Of a DNA stretch of 64,000 nucleotides, positions 13,666-25,239 are shown in pieces (the stretch's first letter is position 1; each line of letters begins with the position of its first letter). The notes beneath the pieces are model-generated. The model ran no database searches. It was given only the letters and a program-made list of their open reading frames with translations, and had not been told where the DNA came from. The position numbers and the translations under genes are program-made. The stretch lies in NCBI RefSeq assembly GCF_009914755.1, contig NC_060926.1; one strand, given 5' to 3'. The DNA is from the human T2T-CHM13v2.0 reference genome, Homo sapiens.

Positions 13666-14494
13666 ATCAGTCCCTGCAATTCTATTTTTCTTCCTTCTCT
13701 ACACAGCCCCTGTCTGGCTTTAAAATGTCCTGCCCTGCTTTTTATGAGTGGATACCCCCAGCCCTATGTGGATTAGCAAGTTAAGTAATGACACTCAGAG
13801 ACAGTTCCATCTTTGTCCATAACTTGCTCTGTGATCCAGTGTGCATCACTCAAACAGACTATCTCTTTTCTCCTACAAAACAGACAGCTGCCTCTCAGAT
13901 AATGTTGGGGGCATAGGAGGAATGGGAAGCCCGCTAAGAGAACAGAAGTCAAAAACAGTTGGGTTCTAGATGGGAGGAGGTGTGCGTGCACATGTATGTT
14001 TGTGTTTCAGGTCTTGGAATCTCAGCAGGTCAGTCACATTGCAGTGTGTCGCTTCACCTGGCTCCCTCTTTTAAAGATTTTCCTTCCCTCTTTCCAACTC
14101 CCTGGGTCCTGGATCCTCCAACAGTGTCAGGGTTAGATGCCTTTTATGGGCCACTTGCATTAGTGTCCTGATAGAGGCTTAATCACTGCTCAGAAACTGC
14201 CTTCTGCCCACTGGCAAAGGGAGGCAGGGGAAATACATGATTCTAATTAATGGTCCAGGCAGAGAGGACACTCAGAATTTCAGGACTGAAGAGTATACAT
14301 GTGTGTGATGGTAAATGGGCAAAAATCATCCCTTGGCTTCTCATGCATAATGCATGGGCACACAGACTCAAACCCTCTCTCACACACATACACATATACA
14401 TTGTTATTCCACACACAAGGCATAATCCCAGTGTCCAGTGCACATGCATACACGCACACATTCCCTTCCTAGGCCACTGTATTGCTTTCCTAGG

Positions 14495-14663
14495 GCATCT
14501 TCTTATAAGACACCAGTCGTATAAGGAGCCCACCCCACTCATCTGAGCTTATCAACCAATTACATTAGGAAAGACTGTATTTCCTAGTAAGGTCACATTC
14601 AGTAGTACTGAGGGTTGGGACTTCAACACAGCTTTTTGGGGGATCATAATTCAACCCATGACA
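14495..14663 (-). mobile_element. MLT1-type MaLR LTR fragment
   Basis: AAGGTCACATTC…GGACTTCAACA…ATAATTCAACCCATGACA, typical of the MLT1 5' end in antisense. Confidence 0.7.
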
Positions 14664-15158
14664 GCCACTGAGATTATTATATCTCCAGAGAATAAATGTG
14701 TGGAGTTAAAAGGAAGATACATGTGGTACAAGGGGTGGTAAGGCAAGGGTAAAAGGGGAGGGAGGGGATTGAACTAGACACACACAGACACATGAGCAGG
14801 ACTTTGGGGAGTGTGTTTTATATCTGTCAGATGCCTAGAACAGCACCTGAAATATGGGACTCAATCATTTTAGTCCCCTTCTTTCTATAAGTGTGTGTGT
14901 GCGGATATGTGTGCTAGATGTTCTTGCTGTGTTAGGAGGTGATAAACATTTGTCCATGTTATATAGGTGGAAAGGGTCAGACTACTAAATTGTGAAGACA
15001 TCATCTGTCTGCATTTATTGAGAATGTGAATATGAAACAAGCTGCAAGTATTCTATAAATGTTCACTGTTATTAGATATTGTATGTCTTTGTGTCCTTTT
15101 ATTCATGAATTCTTGCACATTATGAAGAAAGAGTCCATGTGGTCAGTGTCTTACCCGG

Positions 15159-15686
15159 TGTAGGGTAAATGCACCTGATAGCAATAACTTAAGCACACCT
15201 TTATAATGACCCTATATGGCAGATGCTCCTGAATGTGTGTTTCGAGCTAGAAAATCCGGGAGTGGCCAATCGGAGATTCGTTTCTTATCTATAATAGACA
15301 TCTGAGCCCCTGGCCCATCCCATGAAACCCAGGCTGTAGAGAGGATTGAGGCCTTAAGTTTTGGGTTAAATGACAGTTGCCAGGTGTCGCTCATTAGGGA
15401 AAGGGGTTAAGTGAAAATGCTGTATAAACTGCATGATGTTTGCAGGCAGTTGTGGTTTTCCTGCCCAGCCTGCCACCACCGGGCCATGCGGATATGTTGT
15501 CCAGCCCAACACCACAGGACCATTTCTGTATGTAAGACAATTCTATCCAGCCCGCCACCTCTGGACTCCCTCCCCTGTATGTAAGCCCTCAATAAAACCC
15601 CACGTCTCTTTTGCTGGCTCTGGGTCTCTTTGGCGTCTTGAACCTTATGCCTTCCCTATTGAAGTTAATAGGGGTTCAGCACAACA
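15159..15686 (+). mobile_element. Solo LTR (LTR47-like)
   Basis: TG…CA termini (TGTAGGGTAAATGCACCTGA … GCACAACA), TATAAA at 15423, AATAAA at 15591, flanks CCGG/CTGG. Family name from recall. Confidence 0.75.
15417..15584 (+). CDS. PKI55: 55-aa microprotein PKI55 (reported PKC inhibitor): MLYKLHDVCRQLWFSCPACHHRAMRICCPAQHHRTISVCKTILSSPPPLDSLPCM
   Basis: Translated by hand because it is below the ORF-track cutoff. ATG has A at -3, TAA at 15582-15584, AATAAA begins 7 nt after the stop. Matches the PKI55 peptide as I recall it. In vivo translation is not established; the locus is annotated as lncRNA. Confidence 0.6.
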   Translation: MLYKLHDVCRQLWFSCPACHHRAMRICCPAQHHRTISVCKTILSSPPPLDSLPCM

Positions 15687-15879
15687 CTGGGTCCCAGGCA
15701 TGCAGCCTTGTCTTTTTATGTTTGTCCTCATGGGCATCATGTGGGCCACAGGGATCTTACCCAAAATCATGCCTAGCAGGAAGAGATGCCTCTCTATTGA
15801 TATTCCAGCTGCCCCACAAGCAGGTATGTGCCTACTCATTCTCTGACATGTGTCCTAGGTTTCTTGACTGTAAAATTCC

Positions 15880-16470
15880 GCTTAATAAATAATGTATTGA
15901 GCACCTGCTATATCCAGAGCTCTGCTGGGCACTCTGGAAGATTAGAGTTTGAAGAACACACAATCGTTGTCCTCCAGAAGTTCATGGTCCAGTAGGGAGA
16001 GAAGGTCACAAACAGCCAGAATCTACAAGATGAGAGGGGCTATAAAAGAGAGCTGAGAAGAGTTTCAGAGCCACTGAGAAGATACTCATTTTAGTCTTGG
16101 TAACGGGAAGCTTTCTGGAGTTGGTGGCATTTAAGATGAACCACAAATGGAGCAGGAATTTAATGAAGAGGAAAGGACCAGGACGTTCAAATAGAGGACA
16201 CAGCAGAGTTCAGACCAGATGCAGGAAAGGGTAAGTGGTTTGGTTTGCTGTGAGGTCAGGTGCATGATGGAAAATGGTGAGCAGTTAGATGACAAAGATA
16301 GGTTAGGGCAGTTATGGTGGGAGAAACCCTGTTTTTGAAGAAAGATACAGTCAGATGGGCACTTCAGCAGCATTATTCTGACAGCAATGTGCAAATAGGA
16401 TGGAGAGGCACTGAAGAGGCAGGATGCAAGGAGAACAATTCAGACGCAGTTGACATCGCTTGGGAGAGAA
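15880..16470 (-). mobile_element. L2 relic
   Basis: AATAAATAATGTATTGAGCACCTGCTATATCCAG… L2 3' end signature followed by degenerate L2 body. Confidence 0.6.
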
Positions 16471-17891
16471 TGAGGTACTATCCAGGACAGCCCCAAGAGA
16501 GTGGAGAGCCCTGTCCTGAGATTCTTGGGAAAAGGTGCCCCAGTATCAACAGCATGTGCCCATAAGCTCCCTCAGCCCACTTGTCAGGCTGGGTCAGCTT
16601 GTCCCCCACCCCACCCCAGCTCTCTCCTCTCCTCTCAGAGCAAGCCACCTGCCCTACTCACTGCTCCACCATGATACACCTGTCCTGCCTCAGCCACGTC
16701 CCCCTCTGACCATTTCCCCCTTTTCAGGAAAGTGCTTGCAGTTTGCTACCTCCCATTCTTTGCAGCCTCCTTCCGCAAAGCTCTCACCTTGTGTCATCTT
16801 TGCCTGTGTGCCCTATGGAGAAGGAAAACAAAGTAAGCGCTGTCTTCCCAGGGCTGCAGGCGTGCTGGCCCCCACCTTCATGCACTCAAGGAGCACTGAC
16901 TGAGCATCCTGCAACTCTGTCCTGTCCCCAGAAGCCATGCTTTGTGAGAAGTGGGGTAAGCATCACAGAAGCTGGCCACTGGCAGGCGCATGCAGGGCTT
17001 CAGACCTGCTCCTGATGTAATCTTTGCTGCACATTCACCTCACCTGAGGACCTGTGGAAACTAGCACCCAGGTCACAGGCCCTGCTAATTAAATCAGAAT
17101 GTAGGAGCCAGGCAACAATAAATAGCGCTGAAATATCCCCAGCTGATTCCAGTGTACAGCCAAGTTTAGGAACCGTGTCCTGGTGTTTCCCTCCTACTCT
17201 TGCTAATATGTAGCTCTACATATCTGTGTGGAGTGAGACTGGCAGAAAGGCTGTCTGGATGCTCCTTCCTGTATAGCTTGGAGGCAAATGGACTCTATAC
17301 AGCTCAGGGCTCGAGGGGACAAGTCAGAAGTTCTTCCTTTAGTCTCCCTTGAACTTGACCTCTTTAGCCATCTCTTGGTGTGAGTCAGTGTCCTACAGGG
17401 ATGGCCCCAATGTCCTGCCTGGCCTCTCCTCTCTTAGCTATACTTGTGCCATACTCCTGCAGCCAGACTCCTCCTCTTTTGCCTCTGAGTCATTTCCTCT
17501 TTCCTTCATGGTACCAAAAAGCACAATCACCTATCAGAAGCACAAAAGCCTAACTAGAATATGCACATGAGTTAATTCAAGGTCCTACTTAATCCAAGAC
17601 TTCTCCATCTTTATTCCTATGATTATGAGTCTCATGTGACAAGCCCAGCCAGATGAGGAATGCTGCACCTCACTTTCTTCCTGGTGATAACATGGTGAAA
17701 TCATGCTAACTTCAATAAGGGGTAATATTGGGGATACAGAAAAAGAGGACTGGCTAACATGATAGTACAAAAGGTCATTTCTAGGAGGTCCCAAAGACTG
17801 CAAAGCTCCCTTCACTCATTGTTCTAAAAATGCACCTATCTCATTCCCATAGCTCAAGGCTGTGATCCTTGTTAAAATGGAGATGCTCCTT

Positions 17892-18182
17892 GGCCACGTT
17901 TGGGGGCTAATGCCTGTAATCCCAGCACTTTGGGAGGCCAAGGCAGGCAGATTGCTTGAGCCCAGAAGTTTGAGACCAGCCTTGGCAACACAGCAAAACC
18001 CATCTCTACAAAAAATAGAAAAATTAACCAGGCATGTGGGGTGTGCACCTGTAGTCCCAGCTACTCAGGAGGCTGAGGTGGGAGCATCATCACTTGAGCC
18101 CTGGAGGTCAAGGCTGCTATGAGCTGAGATTGCACCACTGCACTCCAGCCTGGTCAACAGGGGGAGATGCTGTCTTAGAAAA
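17892..18182 (+). mobile_element. Alu (AluJ-like)
   Basis: GCTTGAGCCCAG and GGTCAAGGCTGC are AluJ diagnostic positions. Confidence 0.9.
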
Positions 18183-18787
18183 GGAGAAGATGCGATGATC
18201 CTAATAAGAGTAATAGTTTAACTGTAATCAGCTATTTATATCTTGGGGTGAATGATGGATCCGGATTAAGTTTTGTTTCAAGAGTAGTAGAAGAGCATGG
18301 GGACTGAGACAGTCAGAAGAGGTGATATAGAAACAGACACAGAATTTGTTTGACCAAAGGCAAACCTGACAGCTTTTCTGGGTTGTGAGGGCACAGTAAA
18401 GTACCTAATCATTTCCTGTGACTTCATTCCAGTGAGACATCCACGTTGGAACTCACTGTGATGTGCCAGGAGCTGTGGGCTGCACAAAAAAGAAGTGTGG
18501 TGCCTCTCCTGTGTGTTTCCAGAGGTGGCAGGGTTTATTCCCAGAGTCTGAGTCCTTCTTTCCCCTCTGTGTTCTCACTACAGAGATAAGCAAACCATGA
18601 TCATAGCCAGTTGGGGACCAAAACCACAACCTTATTTATGGCCAGGAAATCCCCTAGCTTTTCCCCAAATGCAGGGCTTCTGGTTCTATGGGCTGAAGAT
18701 CTCTGCTTGGGCCTGAGGCCTTACCTAGCAGCTTTGCAGCTCATTAGCAGAACACAGAGAGTGATGGGAACATCGCTATATTAAGAC

Positions 18788-19215
18788 TGTGATGGTTAAT
18801 TATATATCCATAATTATTGACTGGGTTAAGTGATGTCCGGATAGCTATAAAACCTTCTCAGAGTAACTGTGAGGGTGTGTCTGGAAGAGATGAGCATTTG
18901 TATCAGTAGTAATGAAGATTTACCCTCACCCATGTGGGTGGCCATCATCCAATCTGTTGAGAGCCTGGACAGAACAAAAGGCAGAGGAAGGGTGAATTTG
19001 TTCTCCCTCTTGTTGGAGCTGAGGCATCCATCTTCTGCCCTCAGACATTGGCACTCCTGGTTCTCAGGCTTTCAGATAATTACACCACTGGCTTTCCTGG
19101 TTCTCCAACTTGCAGATAGCATATCATGGGTCTTCTCAGCCTCCATAAATCATGTGAGCCAGTTCCTATTTTATATATATATATATCCTATTTCTGGGGA
19201 AACCTGACAAATACA
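18788..19215 (+). mobile_element. MLT2-type ERVL LTR
   Basis: TGTGATGGTTAAT … AACCTGACAAATACA termini; internal GAAGAGATGAGCATTTG and CATCATCCAATCTGTTGAGAGCCTG. Confidence 0.8.
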
Positions 19216-19399
19216 AGGATGTAAAATGATGAGTTTGCTGTGCTTGAGCACAAGAGTCAAGAAAACAGAGTGAAACCCTCTTTTGAATCCCAATACTCCC
19301 CACTCCTGGGAGGAGTAGAAAGCCCTAAGAGGATGATCCTCCTGCTCCACTTAGAGGATTTGAGGATCCGATTCCCACCAATCTGTCTCTGCTTCATTA

Positions 19400-19984
<585 letters not shown>

Positions 19985-20339
19985 TTAATTAATCATGCCA
20001 GCAGATGGGCTGTCATGGGCCCCAGCAGCCTGATAATGAACTCATTTATTATCAGCTCTGTCAGTGGGAGGTTGTCCAGGCTTCTGGGAAAAGAAGAGAC
20101 TCCTGATGCCAGAGCCCAGGATATGTGCAGTTTGGGAAAATCTCTGGAAATACCTTGACTTTATACCTTTCATTGGTCCTTAAGAAAGGAGGGAAGGTGT
20201 GGAAAAAGATTGTGGCTCAGGCTGGAAGAAGAGGTCTTGATATCACAGTTTCTTAGATGGTGCTAGAGATAGCCTGGCTCTCTGGTACCCCTGGCACCCA
20301 CCTGACTCATGAAGTTAGGGTAACACATGGCATGTATTC

Positions 20340-20635
20340 TTTTTTTTTTTTTTTGAGATGGAGTCTCGCTCTGTCCCCCAGGCTGGAGTGTAATGGCACA
20401 GTCTCGGCTCACAGCAACATCCGCCTCCTGGGTTCAAGCAATTCTCTGCCCTAGCCTCCTGAGTAGCTGGGATTACAGGTGCTTGCCACCACACCCGGCT
20501 AATTTTTTTGTATTTTTAGTAGAGATGGGGTTTCACCGCCTTGGCCAGGATGGTCTCGAACTCCTGACCTCGTGATCCACCCACCTAGGCCTCCCAAAGT
20601 GCTAGGATTACAAGTGTGAGCCACCGCGCCCAGCC
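20340..20635 (-). mobile_element. Alu (AluS-like)
   Basis: Full body; TSD CATGGCATGTATTCT / CATGCCATGTGTTCT. Confidence 0.95.
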
Positions 20636-20890
20636 CATGCCATGTGTTCTTAAAGCAGATGCATGGCAAGATGCTTGGACTCATCAGTTCACAGAGGTGA
20701 TGCGTCATGCCCTATGCAAAGTCGTTGGTTTTTAAAATTGATATGATATTTTATGTATTTATGGGGTACACTTGTTTTGTTACATGCATAGAGTGTAGAA
20801 TGATCAAGTCAGGATATTTAGGGTATCCATCACCTTGAGTATTTATTAAGTCATCTCTTCACTCTGTTGTTTCCTTTGCTATGCAGAAGC

Positions 20891-20894
20891 TTTT

Positions 20895-20945
<51 letters not shown>

Positions 20946-20964
20946 AACCACTAGATGATATGGA
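20891..20964 (-). pseudogene. Retroposed 5' tRNA-Glu fragment with (AAAG)n tail
   Basis: Minus strand TCCATATCATCTAGTGGTTAG + (AAAG)n, flanked by duplicated ATGCAGAAG(…)CTTTTT. Confidence 0.6.
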
Positions 20965-21814
20965 ATGCAGAAGATAGCTTTTTAATTTGTTGAGCCCAAT
21001 TTGTGTATTTTTCTTGTCTAGTAGTTTTATAGTTTGGTGTCTTACATTTACGTCTTTAATTCATCTCGAGTTTTGTATGTGGGAAGAGATTGGGATCCAT
21101 TTTCATTTTTCTGCACTGTTTCATGTTTCTGCACTGAGAAAATATCCAATTTTCTCAGCACTGTTTATTGAAGAGAGTATTCTTTCCACAATGTATGTTC
21201 TTGAAGCCTTTGTCAAAAATCATTTAGCTGTAAATATGTGGATTTATTTCTGGATTCTCTACTCTGTTGCTTTGGTCTATGTGTCTGTTTCTATACCAAT
21301 ACCATGCTGGTTTGGTTACAATAGCCTTATAATATATTTTGAAGTGAGATAGTGTGGTGCCTTCAGCTTTGTTCTTTTTGTTCAGGATTGCTTTGGTTAT
21401 TTGGGCTCTTTTTTGGTTCCATATTAATTTTAGAGATGGTTTTTCTATTTATTTGAAAAATAGTATTAATATTTTGTTAAGGATTGCATTGAATCTACAT
21501 TGTTTTGGGTAGGATGGTCATTTAAATAATATTCTTCTGATCCATAAGCATGGGATATCTTTCCATTTGTTTGTGTCCTCTTCAATTTATTTCATCAGTG
21601 TTTTTATGATTTTTCCATGTAGAGATCTTTCACCTCCTTGGTTAAATTTATTCTTATATATTTTTTGGTAGCTACTTAAATGGAATTGCCTCCTTGATAT
21701 CTTTCTCAGCTAGCTCATTATTGGCATACTGAAGTGATAATACTTTTTGTAAGTTTATTTTGCATCCTGCAACTTTACTGAATTTATTTAGCAGATCTAT
21801 AAGAGTTTGTGTGG

Positions 21815-21819
<5 letters not shown>

Positions 21820-21845
<26 letters not shown>
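21820..21845. repeat. (TG)n microsatellite inside L1
   Basis: Seen directly. Confidence 0.95.
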
Positions 21846-23952
21846 GAGCCTTTAGGTGTTTCTAGATATAAGATAATACCGTAAGTAAAAAGGGACAATT
21901 TTTTTCCTTTTCTTTTTTATTTTTTAAATTTAGATTCCTTTTATTTCCTTCTCTTGCCTGGCTCCTCTGGCTAGGAATGGGAGTGGTGAAAGCAGGCATC
22001 CTTGTTCGAATTCTTAGAGGCTTTCAGCATTTCCTCATTCAGCGTAATGCTAACTGTGGGTTTGTCATATAGAGCCTTTATTATGTTGAGGTATGTTCCT
22101 TTTATACCTAGTTTGTTGAGACTTTTTATCAGGAAGGGATGTTGGAGTTTATCAAATGCTTTTTCTGTGTCTATCGAGATGATATGGTTTTTTCCTTTCA
22201 TTCTGTCAATATGATATATTATGTTTATTGCGTTGTGTATCTCTTGCATCCCTGAGATAAATCCTGCTTGGTCATGATGGGTTTTTTTTTTTTTTTTTTG
22301 CTGTTGGATTTGGTTTGCTAATATTTTGTTGAGGACTTCTGCATCTATGTTTATTGAGACAATTAGCCTGTCATTTTCTTTTTTGTTGTTGTGTCCTCAT
22401 CTGGTTTTGAAAGCAGGGTAATGTTGGCCTCATGGAATGAGTTAGGAAGAATTTCCTCCTCCTCCTCAGTTTTTGGAATAATTTGAGGAGAATTGGTGTT
22501 AGTTCTTCTTTGAAAGTTTGGTAGAATTTGGCAGAAAAGCCTTCTAGTCCTGCACTTTTCTTTGTTGGGAGACTTTATTACTGATTCAATTTCTTGACTT
22601 GTTATTGGTCTATTCAGGCCTTCTGTTTCTTCTTGAGTCAATCTTAGTGGTTCTATGTGTCCAGGAATGTATCTGTTTCCTCTCGGTTTTCCAATTTGTT
22701 TCTAGCACATTATGAACAACTGTATATAATAGTTGCTAGTGATCTTTTATATTTCTATGATGTCAGTCATAATGTCTTATTTTTCATTTCTGATTTTATT
22801 TATTTGGGTTTTTCTCTTTTTTTCTGGGTTAGTAAGTGGTTTATCAATTTTATCTATCTTTTAAAAAAACTTTTCATTTCATTGATCTTTGTCTTTTTTT
22901 AGTCTCTATTTCATTTAGTTCTGCTATTATCTTATATGTTTCTTTCCTTCAACAAATTTTGTTTGGTTTATTCTTGCTTTTTCAGTTCCTTGAGATGCAT
23001 TGTTAGATTGTTTACTTGAAATCTTTCTACTTTATTGATGTAAACATTTATTGCTATAAACTTCCCTCTTAGCACTGCTTTTTCTGTATCCCATAGGTTT
23101 TGGTATATCATGTCCCCATTTTCATTTGTTTCAAGAAATGTTTTTAATTTCCTCCTTAAGTTTCTTTCTTAACCCAGTGGTCATTCAAAAGAAGGTATTT
23201 TAATTTCCATGTATTTGTATAGTTTCCAAAGTTTTATTCCACTATGGTCTGAGAAGATATGACTTCAATTTTTTTTTTTAAATTGAGACTTGTTTTGTGT
23301 CCTAACATGTGGTCTATCCTAGAGAATGTTCTATGTGCTGATGAGAAAAATATGTATTCTGCAGCTGTTGGATAAAATGGTCTGTAAATTTCTATTAGGT
23401 TCATTGGTCTAATGTATAGTTTAAATTCAACATTTCTTTGTTAATTTTCTGCCTAGATGATCTATCTAATGCTGAGAGATGAAGTCCCCAATTATTATTG
23501 TATTGGAATCTATGTCTCCCTTTAGATCTAATAATATTTGCTTTATATATCTGGATACTCCAGTGTTGAGTGCATATATATTTAGTATTGTTATATCCTC
23601 TTGCTGAATTGATTCCTTTATCATTATAGAATGACCTTCTTTTCTTTTTACTATTTTTGACTTAAAATCTGTTTACCTGATATAAAGGTAGCTACTCCTG
23701 CTTGCTTTTGGTTTTTGTTTGCATGGAATATCTTTTGCTATCCCTTTACTTTCAGTCTATATAGTGTCTTTACAGGTGAGACAAGTTTCTTGTAAGTGGC
23801 ATATATATGGGCCATGTCTTATGTGTTTTTTTATTTTTTTGTATATATTCAGCCAGTCTATATCTTTTAAGTGGAAAGTTTAATCCATTTACATTCAAGG
23901 TTTTTATTGATATGTGAGGCTTATTCCTCTCATTTCATTAATTGATTTCTGA

Positions 23953-24315
<363 letters not shown>

Positions 24316-24869
24316 TGTTCTTTCTTTCTCTTATTGTTTAATGAGAGAAAGAAAGTGGTTTGGTGGTTTTCTGTAGTGGTAACATTTGAGTCTGGTCTTT
24401 TCCTTGTTTGTGTGTTTCCTCTACCAGTGGCTTTTATATTTTTGTGTATTTTCATAAGGGTAGATATTGTTCTTTTACTTCTGGGTATAAGACTCCCTTA
24501 AGCATTTCTTTTAGGGCCAATTTAGTGGTGATGAATTCTCTCAGCTTTTGCTTGTCTGTGAAATATTTACTCTTTTGTTTCTGAAGGATAACTTTGCTGG
24601 GTATAGTATTCTTGGATAACAGGTTTTTTTTTTTTTTTTCTTTGTTTGTTTATTTTTCTTTCAGCACTTTGAATATAGTATTTCATTCTCTCCTGGCCTA
24701 TAAGGTTTCTGCTGAGAAATCCACTGTAGTCCAATGGGGGTTTCCTGTATTAGTGACTAGGTTACTTGCTGTTTTTAGAATTCTGTCTTTGCCTTTGATG
24801 TTTTACATTTTAACTATAATGTGCTGTGGAGAAGACCTTTTTGAATTGTCTCTATTTGGGAATCTCTAG

Positions 24870-25239
<370 letters not shown>

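Larger units (their letters stand above)
12300..15615 (+). ncRNA. LINC01963: LINC01963 / PKI55 transcript region (boundaries approximate)
   Basis: Known to lie between XRCC5 and MARCHF4 and to contain the PKI55 ORF. The 3' end is supported by AATAAA at 15591-15596. The 5' end comes from the recalled ~3.3 kb transcript length, not from sequence. Confidence 0.55.

Noticed and set aside
15433-15846. 137-aa ORF overlapping PKI55
   Set aside because: It runs past the LTR AATAAA at 15591, starts too close to the TATA box to be in an LTR-initiated RNA, and has no recognisable domain.
21971-22641. Reverse-transcriptase-like peptides
   Set aside because: Frameshifted L1 ORF2 remnants, not a functional gene; the same applies to 41619-42482.
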